A DNA stretch of 64,000 nt, from the sequence record DRR723986_637; one strand, 5' to 3'. The notes under the pieces were generated by a model, which was not told the origin of the DNA, did not search any database, and was given only the letters and a program-made list of their open reading frames with translations. Each line of letters opens with the position of its first letter. Position 1 is the stretch's first letter. Of the stretch, positions 40,828 through 50,830 are shown piece by piece. The position numbers were made by a program, and so were the translations under genes.

Positions 40828-42282
40828 TTATTCTTTAATCAATTTCACTGTTTTAGAACCGTTTGCAGATTCAATTTTAGCAAAATAAACACCTGTATTA
40901 ATATTAGCGGTACTAATTTCTACATCAGTAGAATTTGGTGTTAATGCAGTTACTTGTTTTCCTAGGATGTCATATACTATCACTGAATTTATGGTAGTAC
41001 TACCTTTAATATTCCAATTGCTTTTAGTTGGGTTAGGGTATACACTAAATTCTGCTGATTCAACAATATCTACTGATAATGGATTTCCTTGTGTAAGTAA
41101 AAGATTGTCAACCCATGCAAAACCAGCATTGTTTAAATCTTGGTTATACGCATCTACTTTCCATTGGAATAAATGAGCACTTGAAAAGAACGGTGCACTA
41201 CCATAAGTTGTAAAATAAGACATTGGAATCACTACTTTTGTCCAAGCACCTGTAACAATATCAATTTGATCACCAACATTTGTGTCACCAATTTGATAGA
41301 TTGCTTCTACTACAGCTCGTCCTCCTGGCTCATTACTAATCATTACTAATCTAAAGCCTGGTAATCCTGCATCTGCATAATAATCAAAGGAAACAAAATC
41401 GTATGATGAAACATCATCTGGTCCTCCTTCACCGAAGCCATAACCACCTTGACCAAAATCAAATCTGTAAGCTTTATTCTCACCAGCACCTGGGTCTAAA
41501 TCTGGTTCACCGTCTAATGCGTTACCAAACTGATAATCAAAGACTAAACCATTGGTATAGCCATTGGTATCATTGTAAATACTGTAAGTAAAACCATCTA
41601 GTACATCAGGTATAGGTGCAGCAGCTGGATCATCTGGTGGGCATGGTGCACAGTTTGGTCCACCACAATCGATTTGGGTTTCTCCATTATTGAGAATACC
41701 ATCACTACAAGTTTCACCTACAGCTAGCGTACCTATAATATTATCAATGTAAATAGTTACTGGTGCATTTGAAACACAAGGCATAGTTCCTTGACCAGCA
41801 TAACCACCAGCAGTTCCCCATAATGGATAAAATCTAATTATTGGATAAATTCCATTAGCCGGTGCAGTATTATCTTGTCCTGTGGTAAAATCAAATGTTA
41901 GCGTTTCCCAACCACTACCTGTATGATTTGCAGAAGTCGCAGAATCTGGTCCTGAACCACCAGTTACCTTAGCTAAAACACCAACTGCCGATGTAGAATA
42001 AACATCTACAGTCATATCAGTCGTTGTTGTCAATTCCATTCCACTAATTCCCTGTGGAATTACTTGTGCGCCTTGCCATGGATTACCAGCTGCCTGAGCA
42101 ATTATTTCTAATGAATTAGCATCTGTTGATTGGGTAGTTCCAATCGTTAAACCAATCGCTGTACATTCACCATTGTCTGGTGCTAGTGCAGGTGCAGTGC
42201 CATCAAAATTTTCAATCACATCCGTTTGAGCGAATCCTGCTGTGAAAATTAGAAGACAAAATAATTGAGTAATTTTTTTCAT
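40828..42282 (-). CDS. T9SS-secreted protein with CBM-like domains and a Cys-rich module
   Basis: Signal peptide; TCSDGILNNGETQIDCGGPNCAPC; type A CTD (VYPNP..GVYF..KLIKE). Confidence 0.85.
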   Translation of the reverse strand: MKKITQLFCLLIFTAGFAQTDVIENFDGTAPALAPDNGECTAIGLTIGTTQSTDANSLEIIAQAAGNPWQGAQVIPQGISGMELTTTTDMTVDVYSTSAVGVLAKVTGGSGPDSATSANHTGSGWETLTFDFTTGQDNTAPANGIYPIIRFYPLWGTAGGYAGQGTMPCVSNAPVTIYIDNIIGTLAVGETCSDGILNNGETQIDCGGPNCAPCPPDDPAAAPIPDVLDGFTYSIYNDTNGYTNGLVFDYQFGNALDGEPDLDPGAGENKAYRFDFGQGGYGFGEGGPDDVSSYDFVSFDYYADAGLPGFRLVMISNEPGGRAVVEAIYQIGDTNVGDQIDIVTGAWTKVVIPMSYFTTYGSAPFFSSAHLFQWKVDAYNQDLNNAGFAWVDNLLLTQGNPLSVDIVESAEFSVYPNPTKSNWNIKGSTTINSVIVYDILGKQVTALTPNSTDVEISTANINTGVYFAKIESANGSKTVKLIKE

Positions 42283-42488
42283 ATTTCTTCGTTATTTATT
42301 AGTTACGTTTACAAGAACCGAAATTTTATTGATTTTTCTACTACATAATACCTATACAAAAACTATACAAGTAGTTTTTTAACAACAATATTAACGAATT
42401 CCGTTTTGTTTTATATTTCTGATTATGTGAGTTTTACGTTTTACCAACAAAGCTTTTAGAGCAGAAAACCAACTATACAAGTGATTTT

Positions 42489-45400
42489 TCAGCTTTTAAA
42501 TTTAAAAATAGCTGGCTTACCATTATTATTCGTCACAAAAAGTAAGGTCTCACTTTTTTGTGAGATAAGGTTCATATTTCTGCTGTCATTTGGGACATAA
42601 AAACCGCCTTCCGCAGGTGTTATAGCTTTAAAATTATTATTACCATCACCCAACAATACATTACCATAACCTGCATCGTATCGTGTTGTCTCTACTTCCA
42701 CTCCAAAATGATTTCCTGCAGTAATTATATCTAAATTACCATCTTTATTTATATCTAATACCAAAGACGACTTAATTGGTGATATCTGAGATTGAATTGG
42801 AAGAGCTTGTCTTACAAGTTTTCCGTTTTCATTAATTAAGATTATACTTTCAAAATTCTTAATCTCATATACAACAGCGTCATCAACGTTCTCTTCTGGA
42901 AGAATATCTATTAATTTAGAAGACGCAAAACTATGATAGTCTTCAAATTTTTCGGCAACATATGGCATTTGTTGACTTGTGCATTCTCTACCTCTGACTG
43001 GCACATAACCATCTTTATAAAACTTAGCCAAAACCACATCATTAGTTCCATTGTTATCAAAATCATTTGCATAAACTTTAAACGGATGCTCCTCAGATGC
43101 TTTAAATTTATTGTTTTTACCAAGATTCCCTATTATATAATCATCATCTCCATCGCCATCTAAATCACTTGCGGTTACCGACCACCAAATACCTCTTGAA
43201 TCGTTAAGTCCAAAGTTTTCAGAACTATCTGTAAATTTCCCTTTTTCATTTGTTAGTAATTTAACTTCCATCCATTCTCCAACAATCATTAAATCATCAT
43301 CGTTATCATTATCGATATCTGTAAATATTGCATCAGTAACCATTCCTATATTTGATAAGTCAGGTGCTACATCTTGATTAGCTACTTGGAATTTTCCGTT
43401 TTCATTTATTAATAAGTAACTCGTTGCCGGAAATGCATAAGCACCAGGAATTAAACGCGTACCTACAAACAAATCAAAATCACCATCTTTATCAATATCA
43501 GAAACCTTAACACATTGTGAACTTACTCTTAAATCTGGAAGTGCCCTTGAATCTTTTTTAAAATTTCCTTTACCATCATTTATATACAGTCTGTCTTTTA
43601 ATAAAATATCACCTTGTTTATACTCACTGCCACCACTGGCAACATAAAGGTCCATATCATTATCGGAATCTACATCAATGAAAAGCGCGCCTAAATCTTC
43701 GGACAATTTATCTTTATCCCATGGCTGAGAATCACTTCTTGAGAATTGCCCATTAATGTTTTGCAAAAACAATGTTCCTGATTGACCTACCGCACCTCCT
43801 ACAAATATATCTTCTAGTCCGTCATTATTAACATCTCCAGAGGCAATGAATGGTCCATTTTGCGAAACATTATGAGGTAATAAAATCTCTTCAGTATATT
43901 CATCAAATTCATTTTCCTTGTGAATAAAATCTATACCAATATCTTCAGCAACCAACTCCTGAATATAGGCATCTCCCGTTGGTGTAGCTTGCAATTCATT
44001 CTCTTTTGCATCTTTATAATTTACTTCTAAAACCGAATTAGCACTAACGTTAGTATAAACATTTGATTTACCATCTGGCCATAAAACCTCTACTCTATCA
44101 ACTTCAATATCTTTACCCAAACCGAAAAACATACCATGCTCAACAGATGAAATAAATCCTCTGGTCACTGTGTTTTCAACTAGCTGTTCTATTTCACCAT
44201 GTTTAATAATCGCTTTTGCACCAATTCCAAATTTGTTTTTGCTAGAACCTGTTACATTAATCTTCAAAAAATTACCATTCGCTTTATTCTCATACACAAA
44301 TGCTGGTGCATCAATATTATTGGTAATTACGTCTAGGTCACCATCATTATCTAAATCTCCATAAGCCATACCGTTAGAAAAACTAGGAGTATCAAAGCCC
44401 CATTCTTTTGCTACTTTCTTAAATTGAAAATTTCCCTTATTATTAAAGACATAATTAGATACTGGCTGCGATGGTGTATCCTTACTTAATTGAAATAAAC
44501 CCTCCGCTGTAGCATTCTTACCCAATGCCTTAACTTTATTTCTGTAATCATTATTGTCAACATCTTTCTTGATACCATTTGATACGATAATATCTTTTAA
44601 ACCATCATTATCTAGATCCACCAATAAACTTGCCCAACTCCAGTCCGTATAGGCAATACCAGCCATATTACCAATATCTGAAAAACCACCTTTACCAGTA
44701 TTTATTTGCAAAGCATTTGCCGTATACTGGTAATGCGCACCTGCATTAACCATGGCCTGAAAAGCCTCAGTGCTCATGGACGCCATATTAGTTTTAGACC
44801 TATAATGATCCTCTGGTGTCATATCTGTAGTAATTAAATCTAATAGGCCATCATTATTAATGTCACCTGTATCAGACCCCATACTGAGTTGCGTAATATG
44901 CTTTAATTTGTCATGAATTACATTGGTAAACGTACCATCTCCATTATTGTAGTACATAAAATCAGGTTCTGCATAATCATTAGCCACATACAAATCCATC
45001 CAACCGTCATTATTAAAATCTGTAGCATTTACACTTAACCCATAAGCAATATCTCTTGTAATACCAACCTCTTCAGAAACATCTTTGAATTTTCCATTTT
45101 CATTTCTATACAAGCGATCTCTAAAAAATTTGAATTGATCTTGAGGTATTTTATTAATTAAAAGAAGTTTTTTATCTGCAAGCTGGTTAACTTGATACAT
45201 ATCTAAATCGCCATCATTATCCATATCGAAAAAGACAGCTTGGGTTGAAAATCCCACATCACCTAGACCATATTTTTGTGCAGATTCGGTAAATGTTAGG
45301 TCTTGATTATTTATATAAAGCTGATTTCTTCTATCACCAGGTTTTTCTGAATAACCATTTCTACTTACATAAATATCTAGATAACCATCTGCATTTACGT

Positions 45401-45788
45401 CTGCCATAGTTACTCCCCAAGTCCATCCAGAATTACGAGCAACTTTTGACTTTTTTGTTATGTTTTCAAACTTAAAATCTCCTTTGTTTAAATATAATCG
45501 ATCTGCCACCTGATTTCCACCGAAAAACACATCTGGTAAGCCATCATTATTTATGTCGCCAATCGCCACACCAGAGCCAACATAAATTTGGCTGTAGTAA
45601 TAATGATTAAAATAAGTAGATTCATTAATTGTATTTTGAAAATCGATACCTGTATTTTCAGGTTTAAGCAAATTAAAGCCACCTACCAGCTCTTGAGGAT
45701 ATAAATCTCTTTTTGGACCTTGATTGCAAGCAAAGACTGTAATGCAAATCGCTACAATTAAAAATAATTGAACTTTATGAGTATTCAT
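42489..45788 (-). CDS. FG-GAP/VCBS repeat lipoprotein with ASPIC/UnbV domain
   Basis: Lipobox VFAC; many DxNxDGxxD repeats; GIGAKA, FGLG and VLWPDG ASPIC signature; probable ATG at 45788. Confidence 0.9.
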   Translation of the reverse strand: MNTHKVQLFLIVAICITVFACNQGPKRDLYPQELVGGFNLLKPENTGIDFQNTINESTYFNHYYYSQIYVGSGVAIGDINNDGLPDVFFGGNQVADRLYLNKGDFKFENITKKSKVARNSGWTWGVTMADVNADGYLDIYVSRNGYSEKPGDRRNQLYINNQDLTFTESAQKYGLGDVGFSTQAVFFDMDNDGDLDMYQVNQLADKKLLLINKIPQDQFKFFRDRLYRNENGKFKDVSEEVGITRDIAYGLSVNATDFNNDGWMDLYVANDYAEPDFMYYNNGDGTFTNVIHDKLKHITQLSMGSDTGDINNDGLLDLITTDMTPEDHYRSKTNMASMSTEAFQAMVNAGAHYQYTANALQINTGKGGFSDIGNMAGIAYTDWSWASLLVDLDNDGLKDIIVSNGIKKDVDNNDYRNKVKALGKNATAEGLFQLSKDTPSQPVSNYVFNNKGNFQFKKVAKEWGFDTPSFSNGMAYGDLDNDGDLDVITNNIDAPAFVYENKANGNFLKINVTGSSKNKFGIGAKAIIKHGEIEQLVENTVTRGFISSVEHGMFFGLGKDIEVDRVEVLWPDGKSNVYTNVSANSVLEVNYKDAKENELQATPTGDAYIQELVAEDIGIDFIHKENEFDEYTEEILLPHNVSQNGPFIASGDVNNDGLEDIFVGGAVGQSGTLFLQNINGQFSRSDSQPWDKDKLSEDLGALFIDVDSDNDMDLYVASGGSEYKQGDILLKDRLYINDGKGNFKKDSRALPDLRVSSQCVKVSDIDKDGDFDLFVGTRLIPGAYAFPATSYLLINENGKFQVANQDVAPDLSNIGMVTDAIFTDIDNDNDDDLMIVGEWMEVKLLTNEKGKFTDSSENFGLNDSRGIWWSVTASDLDGDGDDDYIIGNLGKNNKFKASEEHPFKVYANDFDNNGTNDVVLAKFYKDGYVPVRGRECTSQQMPYVAEKFEDYHSFASSKLIDILPEENVDDAVVYEIKNFESIILINENGKLVRQALPIQSQISPIKSSLVLDINKDGNLDIITAGNHFGVEVETTRYDAGYGNVLLGDGNNNFKAITPAEGGFYVPNDSRNMNLISQKSETLLFVTNNNGKPAIFKFKS

Positions 45789-45880
45789 TGTAATCAAAAA
45801 TTAATTGAATTCAGTAAAGATATGTAATTGTGTACATTAAAATAAATACAACAAATGCAATGATATGTTAAAAATACTAT

Positions 45881-46771
45881 TTAGTATTTGAGTTGCTCTA
45901 TTTTATCCCAAATTCCCCAAAAAGCTCCGACATCACCTTCTGATCCTACTTTCCAGGATTCATCAAATGATGAGAAATAGAAAACCTCTATATTTTCTTC
46001 GTTAGACCATTTTTGAGTATTTAGAAAGTATTTTATAGCATTTTCTTCAGAAGGGTATGCTCCTTGTAAGTTTGTACCTTGACTTGGCCAACCCGTTTCT
46101 GTGATGACAATACGTTTTCCTTTACCAGCACGTTTCGCCCTGTTATACATATCTTTCATATATAATAGTGAATAATCTAAATCGCAACCTTCCCAGAAAG
46201 GGTAACAATTTGCTAAAATGATATCACAGGCATCGGTTATAGCTGGTCTTTCTTCAAACTCATAATAAGCATCAACATATCCTACAGGTATTTCTAGATC
46301 TTTTATGGAAGCCTTTACGTAATAAATTTTATCTAATAATTCATCTTCATTTAAGTCACCTCTGTACATTACTTCGTTCCCTACAGCAGCAATATCTACT
46401 AAACCTTGGTGGCATAATTCAATTAAGCCCTCTAATTCTTTTTGATTTATTTCATCATCATCACCTAACCATGCGCCTACTAATGTTTTTATACCCATTT
46501 CTTTTGCAATTTTAGGTATTAACTCATTTCCATCGGTGCAAGAAAATGATCGTATCCAACTTGTATATGGTTTTAGTATTTCTAGTCTGCGCCTTATTTG
46601 TTCCTCGGATAATAAGTCTCCTGGTTCTTGACCTTCTTCGTAAGGACTTGAACATAAGCCATGCATTCCTTTTTTTAATGATTCTCTAAATAAATCTTTT
46701 AAATCATCTAATGCCATCCCAGCATAGTCAATAGATGCCAGTGCAAAAAACTTTTCTTTTCTTAGAGACAT
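45881..46771 (-). CDS. GH17 beta-1,3-glucanase/transglycosylase, no signal peptide
   Basis: AVGNE acid/base, ITETGWPS nucleophile and FDESWK. Confidence 0.9.
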   Translation of the reverse strand: MSLRKEKFFALASIDYAGMALDDLKDLFRESLKKGMHGLCSSPYEEGQEPGDLLSEEQIRRRLEILKPYTSWIRSFSCTDGNELIPKIAKEMGIKTLVGAWLGDDDEINQKELEGLIELCHQGLVDIAAVGNEVMYRGDLNEDELLDKIYYVKASIKDLEIPVGYVDAYYEFEERPAITDACDIILANCYPFWEGCDLDYSLLYMKDMYNRAKRAGKGKRIVITETGWPSQGTNLQGAYPSEENAIKYFLNTQKWSNEENIEVFYFSSFDESWKVGSEGDVGAFWGIWDKIEQLKY

Positions 46772-46787
46772 AATTTATGTGAACAAT

Positions 46788-47705
46788 TTATATGTATTTA
46801 AGATTTTCATGCTTATCCCATAAACCCCAATAAGCACCTACATCTCCTTCATCTCCAGTTTTCCATGACTCGTCAAATGATGAAAAATAGAAGATGGGAA
46901 TATCGTTTGCTTCGGTCCATTTTATAGCGTCTATAAAGTATTTCATTGCTGCAACTTCATCAGCGATTGCTCCTTCAAAACTACCGCCTTCACTTGGCCA
47001 ACCTGTTTCAGTAATTATAATAGGCTTTCCTTGTGCTGCGTCCACAACTTGACCATACATAGCCTGCATATGTCCTAGTGAATATTCAATAGGGCAACCT
47101 TCCCAAAACGGATATAAATTTGCCAATATCACATCTGAGTGCTCTACTAACTCAGGATGTCTTGAAAACTCATAGTATGCGTCAACATACCCTACTGGAA
47201 TATTCAAACCAGCCAATTCTTTCTTAACACGTTTTATATAACCAAGTAATTCATCTAATGTTAAATCATTTCGATACAATACCTCATTACCTACTGATGC
47301 TACATCCACGTAACCATCCTTAGCGAGTGCGATTAATCCCTCTATCTCTTTTTCATTATCTTCCTTATCATCACTCAGCCATGCACCTACTAGTGTTTTT
47401 AACCCTTGTTTTTTAGCGGCAACCGGAACATGCTCGTTCCCTTCAATACAGGAAAAAGAGCGTATTGCCTTAAGGTATGGTTTTAAGATTTTTACGCGTC
47501 GCTCTACCTGCTGAAAACTAATGTCATCACCAGGGTTTTGCCCATCTTCGTACATGCTAAAACAAATTCCATGAAATCCATCATTCATTGTTTTTTGCCA
47601 TAGATTCTTAAGTTCATCTAAGGAAAATTTCGATGTATCTATTCCTTGTGTAGCAATTTGGCTATAGCCTTTATATTTATAATACGATTCTTCTCTATAA
47701 GACAT
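46788..47705 (-). CDS. GH17 beta-1,3-glucanase/transglycosylase, no signal peptide
   Basis: SVGNE, ITETGWPS and FDESWK; paralog of the adjacent gene. Confidence 0.9.
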   Translation of the reverse strand: MSYREESYYKYKGYSQIATQGIDTSKFSLDELKNLWQKTMNDGFHGICFSMYEDGQNPGDDISFQQVERRVKILKPYLKAIRSFSCIEGNEHVPVAAKKQGLKTLVGAWLSDDKEDNEKEIEGLIALAKDGYVDVASVGNEVLYRNDLTLDELLGYIKRVKKELAGLNIPVGYVDAYYEFSRHPELVEHSDVILANLYPFWEGCPIEYSLGHMQAMYGQVVDAAQGKPIIITETGWPSEGGSFEGAIADEVAAMKYFIDAIKWTEANDIPIFYFSSFDESWKTGDEGDVGAYWGLWDKHENLKYI

Positions 47706-47723
47706 TTAGTTTTTATTTAATAT

Positions 47724-49286
47724 TTATAATTCGCCTCTTCGCTCAACGAGCTCGGCTTTTATTTCTTTCGCTCTTTTTTCAGATAAATTATACTTCCACA
47801 TTACAATCATTGCTAGTGCGGCAGTAGTAGCTGGTACAATAATATCAGCAATTCTAAGTCGTGTCATAGTTTCAGTTGCTTGTTCTGCAATATTTTGATC
47901 AAAACCAACTATTTTTAATATCACACCACTTAATATGATAGCCAGAGCTTGACCTAATTTAACCATCCACCAGTATATAGCACCAAAGGTTCCTTCTTTT
48001 CGTGGCATACCATTTTCCAATTCATCTAGATCACAAACATCTGCTGTCATTGACATCATTAATGTAAATAAACCTCCCATACCAAATGCAAATAAAGGAA
48101 TTGGTAAAAATATGAGCCATGGTATTCCATTACTCGTATCAATACTAAACCAAGACATTCCTGCACTTTCTAAATAAGGATTTAAAAAATCAAAAATCGA
48201 TGCTACACAACTATTTAAACTTTGTCCAAATGATGTTTGATTAAAGCTATCATTTAATTGAACATCAAAGCCCCACCACTTTAGTATATAACCTATAATT
48301 GATAAAAAGGTAGAAATTAAAAAAGCATTTCTTTTACCCCATTTCGTTGCCATACGAGAAATAATAGGAATTACGATAAAAGCAGTTATAATAGCATTCA
48401 AAGTATTGAACCAAGCTGGCCAAGTACCAGCAAGCTCCCAACTTCCTTTATTCATATAAAATACAATAATGAATACTGAAAAAGCAGCTACGAGCTGAAA
48501 GCCATTAAATACTAAAAAGGTAGCACCACATAGTTTCATGAATGGTTTGTTTTTTGACACTTGTTTGATTCCTTCCCACAACTCTTTCATATTTGATGCA
48601 AGAGTTTTCATATTTATTTCTTTCCTATTTTCCATGTGAGAAGAATCTATTCCTCTACAGAAAAAAGCAGGTAAAATACCAAACAGAATACATACAGCAC
48701 CAACAATTACCGCCATAGTTCTTACTCCTTGGGCTGGATTATCGAAAGTATTAACATCAGGAATAATTACATATAACCATGGCACAATCATCCACGCTAT
48801 TTGCCCCATAGAATTTGCCAAACTCATCAACCTTGTTCTTTCATTATAATCTGATGTCATTTCATAGCCCAAACCAACAAGTGGAGTCGCAAACATTGTA
48901 TTTCCAACCAAGAATAAGATTTGCAAAATCATTACATACCAGAAATTAAATGTTTGGGATGCATTTTCATCTAATTGCCACATTAAAATGAAAAGAATTC
49001 CACTAATGATAGCACCTGTAAATATGTATGGTCGTCTTCGTCCCCATCTAGATTTTGTGTTATCGGAAATAAATCCCATAACCGGGTCAGTAAGAGCATC
49101 AAATATTCTTGGAAGTCCACCTAAAAGACCTGCCCATACTGGATCCATTCCGAATGCAGTAAGAATAAATACTTGAAGATAAACACCTAACACACCTGGT
49201 AAAAGATTAAGGACAAAATGCCCTGCTCCAAATGCTGCTTTTTGCCCTAATGGCACTTTATTCCTTGCTGTTTTTACATTAGACAT
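47724..49286 (-). CDS. MFS sugar transporter (GPH/MelB-like)
   Basis: DALTDPVMGFISD..SRWGRRRP, ADVCDLDE and EGTF; about 12 TM helices. Confidence 0.9.
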   Translation of the reverse strand: MSNVKTARNKVPLGQKAAFGAGHFVLNLLPGVLGVYLQVFILTAFGMDPVWAGLLGGLPRIFDALTDPVMGFISDNTKSRWGRRRPYIFTGAIISGILFILMWQLDENASQTFNFWYVMILQILFLVGNTMFATPLVGLGYEMTSDYNERTRLMSLANSMGQIAWMIVPWLYVIIPDVNTFDNPAQGVRTMAVIVGAVCILFGILPAFFCRGIDSSHMENRKEINMKTLASNMKELWEGIKQVSKNKPFMKLCGATFLVFNGFQLVAAFSVFIIVFYMNKGSWELAGTWPAWFNTLNAIITAFIVIPIISRMATKWGKRNAFLISTFLSIIGYILKWWGFDVQLNDSFNQTSFGQSLNSCVASIFDFLNPYLESAGMSWFSIDTSNGIPWLIFLPIPLFAFGMGGLFTLMMSMTADVCDLDELENGMPRKEGTFGAIYWWMVKLGQALAIILSGVILKIVGFDQNIAEQATETMTRLRIADIIVPATTAALAMIVMWKYNLSEKRAKEIKAELVERRGEL

Positions 49287-49299
49287 AGTTGTTTGTTTA

Positions 49300-50802
49300 T
49301 TAGTTAGTTATTTTATTAGGTATCAGTATAGTTTGAATAGCTTGTCCACTGATACTTATATTTTTTACTTTTTCATTAAGTTTTAATGTGAAGTTTTTAG
49401 CCTCATTACCTTCATTAAAAATTACTATAGCTATTGAACCATCAAGATTTTGAGATGCTGTTACCATTAGATCTTCATCTGTCTTTTCAACACCAATTAC
49501 CTCTGCACCAGGTCTTATATATTTACTAAAATGTGCCATAGTATAATATAATGGTGTAAAATATACCTCATCCATATCTGGATCAACGATAACCGGTGCA
49601 ATACACCAATTTTTAAACCAGTTTGGTCCACCTTCCTTATCCAAAACCATGTTCCAGTCCACCCAACCATCAACCCAATTGTTAAGACATCCTATAATGT
49701 CTCTGGCATATCGATTAACAGGAGCATATTTAGGATGTAAATGCTTGTCCTTTTCAGGCGCCCAAGTCCAACCCCAATCTGTTGCTTCTTTTTTCCAGTA
49801 CCATGCATCATCTTTCCAAACAGGAGTTTCAGCATCTACACAAGCTTCTGATTGAATCAAAAATTTGTTTGGTGCCTTATTATGAGCATATTGTAATTCT
49901 TCTGGAAATACCTCATATGTACTCGCATACCAATGAATAGCTGTACCGTCAAAATATTTAGAAGTTTCTTCATTTTTAAATTGAGAATCTACCCATTCTT
50001 TGAGATGTTCCCTATTTTGGTCATAGCCAAATATTTTTAAGTCACCTTTGCCATCTGCTTCCAATTTAGGTCCTAAATAATTCTGAACAAAATTCGTCAT
50101 TTCGTCTGGAGAATAGTGCATACTCTCCCAATTATTCCCATTACCTAATGGTTCATTTTCAACGGTGAAGCCCCAAATATCTATACCTTCTGATTTATAT
50201 GCGTCTGCATATTTAGAAAAAAACAAAGCCCAAGTGTCGTAATATTTCGGTAACAATTTTCCTCCTACCCATTCATTATTGTCCTTCATCCAAGGAGAGG
50301 CTGTCCAAGGTGAAGCAAAAATTTTAAACCCTTCTTTTGACGCAGCCATAGCATCCTTAATAAAAGGTATTAAATCATCTTTATCTTCTTGGATTGAAAA
50401 ATGTTCTAACTCTTTATCATCTTCAACAGGTGCATAAGAGTATTGACCTAATGAAAAATCACAGGAGTTCATATGCGTTCTTGTCAATGAATATGCCGCT
50501 CCTGATTCCCCAAAATATGCTTCAATAATTATATCCCTTTTTTCCTTACCCAATTTGTTTAAAAGAAAGGCCGATGACTCAGTAAATGCACCACCAAAAC
50601 CAGTAATTGTTTGAAACTTTTTTTCAGGATTTAAAACAATGACCGAACCACTATCGGAATCCTTAAATTCTGTAAGAGGTGTTAATTTATTACCACTAGC
50701 TGAAGTTTCAAACACATTAACCTCCAATTGGTCTTGTTTTACCGTACAACTCATAATTACTATGGGTATAATTAAAATTGGAAAAAATTTAAAATATTTC
50801 AT
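49300..50802 (-). CDS. GH30 lipoprotein, probable beta-1,6-glucan debranching enzyme
   Basis: Lipobox IMSC; QTITGFGGAFT, ENEP, QSEAC and DWNMVLD..GGPN; specificity inferred from context. Confidence 0.88.
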   Translation of the reverse strand: MKYFKFFPILIIPIVIMSCTVKQDQLEVNVFETSASGNKLTPLTEFKDSDSGSVIVLNPEKKFQTITGFGGAFTESSAFLLNKLGKEKRDIIIEAYFGESGAAYSLTRTHMNSCDFSLGQYSYAPVEDDKELEHFSIQEDKDDLIPFIKDAMAASKEGFKIFASPWTASPWMKDNNEWVGGKLLPKYYDTWALFFSKYADAYKSEGIDIWGFTVENEPLGNGNNWESMHYSPDEMTNFVQNYLGPKLEADGKGDLKIFGYDQNREHLKEWVDSQFKNEETSKYFDGTAIHWYASTYEVFPEELQYAHNKAPNKFLIQSEACVDAETPVWKDDAWYWKKEATDWGWTWAPEKDKHLHPKYAPVNRYARDIIGCLNNWVDGWVDWNMVLDKEGGPNWFKNWCIAPVIVDPDMDEVYFTPLYYTMAHFSKYIRPGAEVIGVEKTDEDLMVTASQNLDGSIAIVIFNEGNEAKNFTLKLNEKVKNISISGQAIQTILIPNKITN

Positions 50803-50830
50803 CTAATATCAATTTTTTAATCCTTTAAAC

